Source: Pelagomonas calceolata
Lineage: Eukaryota
Length of the DNA stretch: 64,000 nucleotides
Reading direction: 5' to 3'
Assembly: GCA_918797485.1 (NCBI GenBank)
Contig: CAKKNE010000003.1
Location: 3,410,001 to 3,474,000, forward strand
Shown: piece by piece, positions 11,201 through 22,030 of the stretch
Position numbering within the stretch: the first letter of the stretch is position 1
Layout: every line of letters starts with the position of its first letter
The notes under the pieces: generated by a model
What the model was told of the DNA's origin: nothing
Databases searched by the model: none
The model's input: only the letters and a program-made list of their open reading frames with translations
Made by a program: the position numbers and the translations under genes

Positions 11201-14200
11201 TGGGCTGTCGTCCATCTCAGGAGTATCCACCAAGCTTTCATTTGTAGTCGGACTCATCCGGGGTCTCGGCGGCAATCTCTCAGCCTCAGATCGATCTTGT
11301 TTTGCAAAAGAAGTGTTTGCCTGGGCCAGAGAACGCCCACCTGACCACAGCGCTCCACTAGACTGTGATGTTGACATTTCAGGTGAGAAGTTATTTAGTT
11401 ACAGTTCACAATTTGGAGATGTTTCCGAGGATGCGGGTAAGGAGCCGAATTCGAAGGAGCAGACTCTGAAAAGTGTAATTGAGACGCCTTTAACCCAACG
11501 AACCATGGCTCAACTGAAGCCATGGATTGAGGCTGCTGAGCCATTTATCATAGTGGGGAATGAAGGCTGCGGCAAGGAACTTATGATTCGACACGCTTTT
11601 GCGCAGCGGCGCAAATTTGTTGTCACAATAATCAATTGCTCTGCTCAGACCAAGGTCGCGCATATAATTGCTAAGATTCAGCAGTGCTGTAGCTTGTTCT
11701 CTGCCTCAGATGGGCGTGTGTACCGTCCACGTGATTGCGAACGACTCATTCTTTATCTGAAAAATCTCAATCTACCCAAACCGGATATATACGGTACCTG
11801 TATGCTGGTTGCTTTCCTTCAACAACTTGTAACCTTCGGGGGGTTTTACGATGCAAACCTGGAGTTTCTCCGCATAGAGGGGGTCCAAATTGTTGCATCA
11901 ATAAACCCAGCAACGACAATTGGCAGACACCCGCTCAGCACGAGATTCACGGCAATAGTCCGGATATACTACCTTGACTACCCTGAGACACACGAACTTT
12001 CGACTATCTATGAGAAGTTATTAGTGATAGCATTCAGGCGAGTCATTGCTGAGGGAGGAGCAGAAGTTGCTTCAAATTTGGCAAAGTTTATGAAGCTGGA
12101 GGAACGCACTAAGCTAGCGACGACTCTTGTTGAGATATATGAAAAGATCAAGGCAACATTTCTGGTCGACGATGCAAGGCATTACCTATTTACGCCACGG
12201 GATTTGTCTGCGTGGGTAAAGAATCTCTCCCAGTACGACCTTGGCGGTGAGGACCTCCTTGATGTAATTTCGTATGAGGGATCCAGGATATTCAGAGACC
12301 GCATGGTTGACGAGGAGAGTGAAACAAAACTGGATAGTATTGTACGCACTATCCTTCGGTCTAAATTTCATTTTGTTCCCTCGCTGACCGATATACATTT
12401 TACAACAATGGGCTTGGCAGCCATTGGTGGTCACACTAAATACTCCAAGCAGCAGCGGTCTGAATCTAGTGGCACTGATAGTCTGAACACGCCATTGCTT
12501 GTGCGCACCACTCGAACGGAATTTCAGTCCTATGTGCAAAAAGGAATTGAACACTACGAGCGCGAGACTGCTGAGCTTAACATGCTTTTATTTCCCCAGA
12601 TTCTCGAGCATATATCTCGAGTAGATCGCGTCATCTCTAGTCCTGGCGGCAACCTGCTGCTCATTGGACGAAGCGGAGTTGGGCGTCGAACGGCAGTCAA
12701 GATCGTATCACATATGCATGGTTTTGGTTTCCACAACCCATCGCTGACCCGCTCCGCTGGTGAGGATGCTATAAGGCATTTCCGATCTGAGCTGAAACCA
12801 GTGTTTCATAGCGTTGCAACAGAAAGGGGTCACTCTATTCTATATTTAGAAGACCACCACTTTACCTGTGAGGCTGTTCTCGAAATTGTCAATTCTATGC
12901 TCTCATCTGGCGAAGTCCCAGGACTATTCAGCAATGAGGAGCTCGAGACCCTTTATGCTTCCATGCGCGAAGCAATGATGGACGAGGGGACAGAAGTAAA
13001 TCCTTACGACTATTTCATTCAACAAATACGCCAATCTATCCATCTTTGCGTGGCAATGGACCCGACTAGCAAAAATTTTGACATTCGCTGTGAATCTAAT
13101 CCCGCCCTTTTCACGAGATGTACAATTCTCTGGATGGGCAAATGGAGCAGATCTAGTATGCGATCCGTGCCAGCTATGATTGATGGAGTTAAATCACTCC
13201 TCTTGGCGGGCAGTTCACCTGATGCCACAGCAGTCCAAAGACTCGACTCAAAAATGAGCATGCAAGGTGGTAAAACAGCAAGCAAGGATGACGACGAGGA
13301 TGTGGCCATGGAAGAACGGCCTGGCGCAAAAAATGACAGAGATGAAAATCTTCTGGAGGCATTGATAAGAATCCACGAATCTGCGGATCTAGCATCTCCA
13401 CGTGAATTTATGGTTTTCCTTGAGAACTGGAAAGTACTTTACAGCCAAATGCAAGTCGGCATTCAGACCAAGTTGAAGCACCTGCAGGCAGGATTGAAAA
13501 AACTTGGCGAAGCATCGATGACCGTGGACTCACTCTCGAATGATGCAGAACTGGAACAGGAAAAGCTCCAAGATGCCCAAAGAGGTGCGGATGAGGCCAT
13601 GGAGATGATAACAAAAACGCTTTCTGAAGCAACAAGCCGTCGTGCTGAGGTGCATGAGCTGCAAAGGGAAGTCAAGGAGAAAGAGGAACATACTATGAAT
13701 CGTCAGGGAGAAATAAAAAATGAATTAAGCTCAATTCAACCTGTGTTAGAAACAGCCAAGGCGGCAGTTGGACAGATAAAGGCTGAGCATCTGAATGAGA
13801 TACGATCACTAAAAATGCCGCCAGAACCGATTGCAGATGTACTTGGCGCGGTACTGAAACTCTTGGGTATATCAGATGTTTCTTGGACTTCAATGAAAAA
13901 GTTTCTTGGAAATCGTGGCGTCAAAGATGAAATATTAAACTACGACGCACGTCGCATAGGAGGTGAGATGCGGAAAGATGTAGCTCGCCTGCTGAAGCAA
14001 AAGGCATCATCCTTCGATCAGGCAGCTATTACTCGTGTGAGTGTGGCAGCAGCTCCGCTAGCAGCATGGGTTAAGGCAAATATTCGTTACAGTGTAGTGC
14101 TAGAAAAAATCCGGCCGCTTGAGAGTGAGTTGTCACAAGCCGAAGATTCTCTGGCAAAGTGCAATCATCGTCTACAGAGATGTGAGGAGGAAATTTTGTC

Positions 14201-17200
14201 GATAGATAATCGAGTGACAGCTTTGAAATCCAAGTTTGGAGAACACACCCGCGAAGCTGAGAAACTCCGGGCACGATTAATGATGGCAGAGGGGACACTG
14301 GCCAAAGCGCAAAATCTCTTAGCCAAGCTTTCCGATGAACACGCACGATGGCAGGACCAGGTCAAAGAATTGAGGCTAGAGTTGGCGGCTCTTCCGCGTC
14401 AGCTGCTTTTGGCTGCAGGTTTTCTTACATATCTGCCACGTTGCCCCGAGGACGCGCGTGAGGCGGCGACAGATGCCTGGAAATTGCATGTTGAAGTTGC
14501 AAACTTTTCATTCAAGCATCTCCTATCAACAGAGTCGCAACTCCTTGCCTGGAAGCAGCTAGGGCTTCCAGATGACCCTCTTTCTCAAGAGAATGCACTT
14601 GTCATTGCGCATAATCCCCACAGCCGCGTGCCTTTTGTGATTGACCCAGCTGATGCGGCCAGAGGTTGGCTTCAGGCACACTATGGTACGGATCCAGCTA
14701 GACCATTAGAATCCATCCAATCAGCCGACACACGATTCACAAATCAGGTGGAACTGGCGGTACGTTTTGGCAAAACCCTCCTTGTCTTTGATGTTGACAC
14801 GCTGGAACCCATGCTCTACCCCATTGTACGGAAAGACATTTTTATGCAAGGTCCTCGCTCTGTTATTTGTCTTGGTGGTAAAATGCTCGACTACAACAAG
14901 AATTTTCGTCTCGTCTTAGCAACGCGCAACCCACAACCAGATCTTCCCCCTGACGCTACTGCTCTTTGTACTTTAATCAACTTCACAGTAACTCGGTCTG
15001 GCCTTAGAGGTCAGCTCCTCGGCATGTCTATCCACCACGAACAGCCCGAACTGGAGATCAAGAAATCGCAGATGCTCAAACAGGAGGAAGATTACAAGAT
15101 CAGACTCGCGGCACTCGAAAAGACTCTGCTTGAAGCTCTTGCTACTGCGGAGGGTGATCTTCTCGAAAATTCACTGTTGATTGAATCTCTATCGCAGACA
15201 AAGGAAGCGTCATGGGAAATTAAAAATGCGCTCTCCGCATCGGCACAGGCGTCGGTAGAACTGGACAAGCAACGCGAAGCATATAAAGGTCTGAGCAGTG
15301 ACTGCTGTCAGCTCTTCTTCCTAGTGCGCAGCCTAGCTGCAATCAATAGCATGTATCATTTTTCTCTTGCATCATTCCTGAGACTCTTTAGGAAAGGGCT
15401 CCTCCAGGGTAAATCCATCGACACAGACGCAACACTCGCGGAGCGCCTGCAGCAACTTACACCTCTCATTGAGCGGCTTGTTTTCTTTTATGTGAGTCGT
15501 GGCCTTTTCAAAGCTGACAGATGTATGTTTGCACTTCATGTTGTTCACGGAATGCACAAGAAACATTTTCAGGCAGGAGAATGGGAGCTGTTTGCCGGTC
15601 TCACTCCCACAAAAGAGGGAGTATGTGACGGTCGTCCACTTGATCTTCCTTGTTGGGCAGGGCACGATCGAATGGCAGCTTTCTCCAACATGAGTACGCA
15701 ACTTGGCGCGCTTGTCAGCGAGCTGGACCTTAAAAACACTACAAGGTGGAGCCACTGGGCAAAATCCCCAGAGTGTGAGAGGGAATTTCCAGCTGAAATA
15801 ATGCGCAAATGCACGCCGTTCCAGCGAGTTTTAATTACACAATGCTTCCGTCCGGATAGGCTCACAACTGTTTTGCATGCTTTTGCTTGTGAAATCCTGC
15901 AGATCTCCGCACTTGCGCCTCCATCATTGAATTTTGACCAGCTCCACAAGCAGGAAACCGAGGCCAATCTGCCAATTCTTCTCATCACAACAGCCGGTGC
16001 CGATCCGAGCAAAGAACTGGCTGATTTTTCAGCCACTGTCGTTGGCAGGAATCGATTCAAATCCTTAGCAATGGGTGGAGGTACGCATGATTTGGCAATG
16101 TCACTTTTGAGAGAGACGAGCTCTGAAGGGGATTGGCTTTGCCTGCAGAACTTGCACCTAGTTGTTGCTTGGCTTCCTTTACTGGAAAAGGCACTTGCCG
16201 TAATCAGTGCGCATGAAGACTTTCGACTGTGGCTCACAACAGAACCCCATACAGCCTTTCCGCACGTATTACTTCAAAAATCGCTCAAAGTGACTTTTGA
16301 GTCTCCTCCAGGAACCAAGAGAAATATGCAGAGGACACTGTCAATCTGGGGTCGTGACTTTTTTGATACTGGTGAATGTCGACACCGCCCTCAGCTTTTA
16401 TTTTGCCTTGCATGGTTACATGCCATCCTACAAGAGCGACGCACATACGTCCCTCAGGGTTGGAGTAAGTTCTACGAGTTCTCAGTAGGAGATCTTCGAG
16501 CTGGAGCCTTCGTTATGGATGCTGCGGCGGCAGCTGCTACCAAATCCGGTGAACTCGACCTTGATGTCGTCCATGGTCTCATAGAAGACGCGATATACGG
16601 TGGACGTATTGACAACCTGCATGATGCACGTGTCCTAAAAGCATACCTTCGCAGAATATTCACTCGAGATGTTATTGAGGGCCGGCTACCCCTTACCCCA
16701 GACTTGTTGGTTCCTATTCCCTGCACATACTCGGCCGCTGTTTCCGCGGTGTCTACTTTAAGCCCTCAGGACACCCCAGCATTATTTGGGCTTCCAAACA
16801 ACATCGAAAAATCGTTACAGCGCACAGCATCTTCACGCGTGAGTGACCAGCTTCGTCAGCTTTATGTGGTTGGTAGTGAGTCCTTGCTGTTTGACCGTGA
16901 GATTTGGCGCTCAAAGCTGGGGCCACTACTGGAACACTGGCAGCACTTGACAGCCAAGTATCCAGCACTCAATGCGAAAGCTTCTCTCGGGGCCTTGAAC
17001 ACTGTCGAACTGAAAAATCCAATTGCTGGCTTTGTTGCCACGGAGATTCTAGCTGCAGAAAGCATTCTCTTGCATGTTTCATCTCAGATGGCTACTCTGA
17101 AAAAGGTAATTTACGGCACAGCTCTCCTAACTCCATTCATCAAGACCACTGCGACATGTCTGTTAATGGGAAATATCCCAAGTACCTGGAGCAACCTGTG

Positions 17201-17770
17201 GGATGGTCCAGATAAGCCCACCACTTGGCTTGCGCTGCTCGTTCACAAGGCGTTTGGCATCAAATCCTGGTCACCAAAGGTACGCCTTAAGATTCCTTTG
17301 TGCGGATACTAATAGATTGCATCTAGGTTCGTGATGGCTCCCTGTTGAAGGACGAGCTGGACCTGAATGACCTGTTTAGACCACTAACGTTCCTGAATTC
17401 TTTGTGCCAACTGACTGCTCGCCAAGCACACTGTCCTATGGATGTTCTCAATTTGGTGTCCGCTTGGTCAAAGAGCTCCATTGTTTCATCCACTTTGGTG
17501 ATCATAAAAAGTCTCATTATGCAAGGTGCAGAAATGAACGGCACGCAGCTTAAAGAGACTTCTAGAGATGCTCCTGAGATCGTTCCGTTGCCTCCTCTTG
17601 TCATTGGGTATTCTAAAGTGGCATTGTCTGACAAAATAAATAGTCTCCAGTTGCCGGTCTACCATGATGCCACTCGCAGGCAATTTCTTTTTGAAATCCA
17701 GCTACCGATCAAGGAAGATGCCGACACGTGGATCCTTTCTGGTGTTGCGATTTTCCTCTCACAAGCTTGA
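2250..17770 (+). CDS. DYNC2H1: Cytoplasmic dynein-2 heavy chain (retrograde IFT dynein), multi-exon, intein-containing
   Basis: ORFs 2250, 2897, 3135, 4046, 5147, 5578, 5933, 7044 and 17345 join through short introns, e.g. 3647-3709, 3948-4012, 5075-5134, 5501-5547, 5985-6048, 6786-6836, 7027-7090 and 17280-17326. The 5' introns are approximate. Motifs: YPESRMRHLL, WVYLEPIF, FPRFYFIGDDDLLEILG, AAA1 GPAGTGKT and CFDEFNRL, AAA2 GPSGCGKS, AAA3 GNEGCGKE, AAA4 GRSGVGRR (dynein-2 type), and a stalk with EIRSLKMPP. Confidence 0.96.
8058..9815 (+). mobile_element. Intein (586 aa) with degenerate LAGLIDADG-type homing endonuclease region, inserted in dynein AAA1
   Basis: In-frame insertion between VLVFN and CDEGIDF. 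Block A CFDESHQLLTNRGF; block B VVTPDH (TPDH 8310-8321); block F YTGQTWCVNVP; block G TIQGN followed by extein Cys+1. Endonuclease-like blocks are FLEFYGFWHD, LPCWVFHL..ARAVLTGICVAYG and IRDQLVCLALHAGWS. Confidence 0.93.
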
Positions 17771-19619
17771 CGCCGACCATACCTAAATTCGCAGAACTCG
17801 GAGACCCACATCTGGAGGCGTACAGCTCGTCCGATGCTCGTTGCATCAAAGCAATTCGGACATGGTCGTGAACCGCTGGGGCTGAGCTCCCTTGGACATG
17901 GGAAGTGAGCGAGACTTGGTGCGTGTAAAAAGTACTTCTAGCCTGAGTGCCTCATGAATAAATAGGCGTTCGGTCAAAACGGACCCGGCTTTGGAGCGGT
18001 AGCTTACCTTGCTAGACGACCTTGCTCCAAGCAAAGGCAGAAGATTACTAGAAGTAATCACTAATCGAGGACGGGGGATGCGATGGATCGGATGCCATTT
18101 GCAAACTCAAGGGATATAAGTCTGGGCCCGGGAGCAACGGCAGTTTCAACCCGGGCCCGCCAGTTCCCTCCCTTGATATACTAAGTTGTTTGGGATTTTG
18201 TTCAAGTTACTGGTACGGGAATCATGATATTTGTCACCACGGTTACACCGGCGGAATAAGGGAAGGTAAGGAGACCGTGACTGCCACTGGCCCGGGCACT
18301 GATTTTTTAAGTTCAAGTTAATAATAAGATAATACTAACTATATCAACTAGAAACATTAACCACAACTGCAATCTCGAGCTTCAAGTTAGCTTAGCCTCA
18401 GCCTCAGCCTTAATAAAAACCTGAACTATGCCAGTGCAATGAAAAAAATACACGTCTAGCGCCGTGCGATTAACAGGGCGAAATACCTCCCTTTACCCTA
18501 TACCCTATATCCTTATTAACAGGGCGAAATTCGCAATGGAAATAAACGTCTAGTATCCTATCCTATGGACCTACGCAACCGCAGGAGCAATGCCTGGTGG
18601 GGGGGGGGGGGGATACTACCTAGGGTTCTTCCGCGGGGTGCGATTCCAATGTTCAACTGAAACGTATCCAAGGAGTCACTTTCGTGTTGGGACGCAGACG
18701 CGAAGTACCATAGTGTGGCCAACCAAATAAACTTCGCCCTACGCTTGGTGATATAGTCTCCCGATGGCCCTTAGGTACCTGTTCCAAACATGATCATCTA
18801 GCTCGATGGTGTGCCAAAAGTATCGCCCGGCGCGGCACGAAACGCCACCGTGACTGACGGTCACGGTCCACTAAGTGGACACTAAAATCGTCAGATCCTA
18901 ACCGTCCCGTCTCCCCCCCTGTCAACAGGTGGGAATAGACGCAAAGGACCTTAGTTTATGAAAATCCTGCGGTTGGACTACGTATGTAACGCAATATGGC
19001 CTGTCAAAATCTGCCCCCCCCCCCCCCCTTAGGGCTATTTCCCCTACCTAGGCTATAGTATATATTCACATACACCGGCGTCCAGTCACGGTGCAACGCG
19101 TATTAAAACACCGCACTGCCAGTGAGACTAGATAGTTTATTCTTAAGGATAACTCCCAGGCGGAATGTCTCAGCCGTCCCAGCCAAGTACGATTGCTAGT
19201 AAAACACTTCAAGTTCCCTCCGAGTTGGACTCCTCGCCAGACCTGCGGCCTCAAGTCATAAAAGAAAAGGAAGCTAATACGCCGCTACGCTACTTGCTCC
19301 TTCAAATAGGGCCGCCCATTCCGGCGGGTGGTGCCATAGAGTCTCTTTTACCTGTTCTACTCTCTTCGACGATGGTAGTGGTCTCACAAGTTCCAAAGTG
19401 GCGAGTGCAAATCCTGGCCTCCGGCTCGGCTACTCAGTTTTTTCTATATAGCCTTTGCTCGTGAGGCAGGTAGGGTCCAAAAGCAAGCATGGTCAAAAGA
19501 CGGCCGACTTTCTGTGTGATCGCCGTAGGAGCAGGTCATTGGATGGCAAATTTGTTAGGCTTTATGCTCACAGCAGCATCTCGAAGGTTGCGAGGTACAT
19601 ACGTCTGCTAGTCTGGATT

Positions 19620-21343
19620 TCAAGGCTCCATCTTTCCAGCAAGAGCATAAATCTGTTCCCAGCGCGCTTGTGTCATTGCCTCTGTTTGGATTTTCGTAGC
19701 TGCCTGGTCTTCTGCTCGTTCTCTGCAAGCATTGTATGTCTTCATGTCAAAGTCTTGATATACTTTCAGTACATTGGTGGCCTGTAGTATACTTCTGTGA
19801 CAGACCTAGTGTTTGTTTGCACTGGTACTGACAAGTCCTTCAACAGTGGCGTTCCAGTGTTTCTCTGCCTTGTCAACTAGAGCAGTGTAGATGATCGGCA
19901 GAAGAGTGGGTGCATGCTGCTTGGAGAGACAACCGTGATTGATCAGTTGATCATTGTTCCATAAGAACAGCGTTCGTTCCGTTACCTACAATCTCTTGAC
20001 TCCATAAGGCGAGACGAGGTGACGTGTTGGAGGACACTAGCCCCACTTGGAAATGCTCTGATGATAAACATTTGCGAATCTACAAGTTATGTTGTTTACT
20101 ACTAGATATGCTTGACACAGAAACCAACGAGTTCAAAGAGCGTGTCGCGGACAACCAGGAGAGGTTCGTGGCCAAGTAATTCTAAGATTTCTTCAAGCTC
20201 GTTCATCACAAGGACTTGCTTGGCTGATGAGGACCACGGCCAATACCGGATAAGCCCATTGAGTATAGGAACCGCGGTATCTGGGTCTTTTTCAACAAAT
20301 TGGATAACACAATATGAAAGCTGCTGATGGTATAGAGTCACGCATTTAGGAATGTGAAGAGGTATCAAAGCGTATTGTAGGAACTGAAGGTGTTCACGTT
20401 TCAGTGGAATTGCAAATCCATTAATGATGGACCCTAAGATCTCAAGGAGTTCACCAACACCGTTGTGTCGCTCCGTCTCATATACAAAGCGGTAGAACAC
20501 ATTAGATATTGTCTTTCGGATGAATGATCGGTGACTCATGAACTTGCCATATATTCGATGCAAAATTGTTTTGAGGTAATCTCGCTCTCTGGGGTCTTCC
20601 GAGTCAAACAATTCGATGAGACCTACCACCGTTGATAACATGTATTATAACAGATACAATGACAACGGCCAGCGCTGTAACAGAAATTTGCATCAACATA
20701 CTTTTTGGCTACTTTTGCGTTTACTTCAGAGGAGACGACGAAGCGCAAGAAAAATTCGTAAACTACTTGAAGGTGGGGCCACGATGGCTCAAGTATAGGT
20801 TCGTCTTCTTCTGGATCATAGTCTTCGGTTTGTGGTGGCAACGAGCGGCATATGTTTGCGCGAACGCAATTCATAATTGCCTAGACACAGGGGGAGTATC
20901 CACGGTTGATATCCTGCATCAGAACATGGCTACAAACTGGCATAGATGCTTCAGTAAATATTTTTTGCCCGGCAGAAGTATTTACATAGTCCACAAGTTC
21001 GAGAAGCGTTTGCCTCTTGACTTCTTTTTCTTTCTTATTGGAAGCTGCCTGCGTGCAATTGAGTCAAGAGTTGTTTAATGGAGAGTAATGCCCACATCTT
21101 CAAAGCTGAATACGTGCGAACACAATTCCAACTTCTGGTCAAAGAGAGCCTCTCGCCTGTGCAGGACTGTAATAATAATGAAATATATCAAAATAGCTCA
21201 TACTTCGCAGATGGGTAGTCGCGTAACTGAGGTAGCTCTTCGTTTCGAGGCGAGATAACTCCGTGGAGAGAGTTCGGCGTGTGCCCGCGACCAGTTTCAT
21301 CCTCTTGCTGTCTGATTTGTTTTGTGAAAATGTTTACGACCAT
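19620..21343 (-). CDS. Protein phosphatase 2A regulatory subunit B' (B56 family), multi-exon
   Basis: Spliced exons give [84 protein letters not shown] and [12 protein letters not shown] 21343 (MVVNIF) and stop 19620-19622 were inferred manually. Confidence 0.93.
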
Positions 21344-22030
21344 TTTTTTTTTTGCCTCGACAGCGTTTACATCCGCAGTAGGGGCCGGGGAGTACTGCAG
21401 TATGGGACCGGGGGTCACCGCCCACGTCCTCTGGGCTCACTAGAGAGCCAGAGGGCGAGTAAATAGAACTCAGTTTTTCCACGGGAAGAAAGCAAAGTAA
21501 AAAAAATTAAAACCGTGACTTCAAGTCACAACGGTTAAAAAAAATAACTGTGCTCTGGAGCTGCTGCCGCCGTCACGGTGGAGCAGCCGCGGCAGTCAGC
21601 CTCAAGAACGATCGGGCTAGACGAGCATGTCGGGGTAGTTTAGTCGACCCCTAGGCTACTTCAAGTTCAAGTTCCTAGCCCAAGGGTACTCCGATATCCC
21701 CTTGATAGGGGAACTCGCCTCCTACTCAGGCCCGGCGGCTCAGGCTCGGGCTACTCAGGCTAACTACACTAGTAACTTATATTCCATCCGAGTCACGGTC
21801 CGGAGTCACCGTGACCGTCACGGTGACTCGGACCGTGACTTTTATTCACGGGAGCTCCTCCCGTCGCAAGACTACTACGCTGCCGGGCCGGGGTCCGAAT
21901 TACACACCTGTTTCCCCTGCATCGCCCAGATGCCTCCGTGTCGGATATACGAGCTAGTACCTACGGTACGAGCTTGGAATCGTAGGACCTACCGTAGGTA
22001 CGGTACCGTAGGTACTGGTAGATACCGTAG

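Noticed and set aside
18430..19030. Possible MITE/transposon bounded by G-run and C-run, with duplicated ttaacagggcgaaat
   Set aside because: No convincing terminal inverted repeats or target-site duplication beyond the homopolymers.
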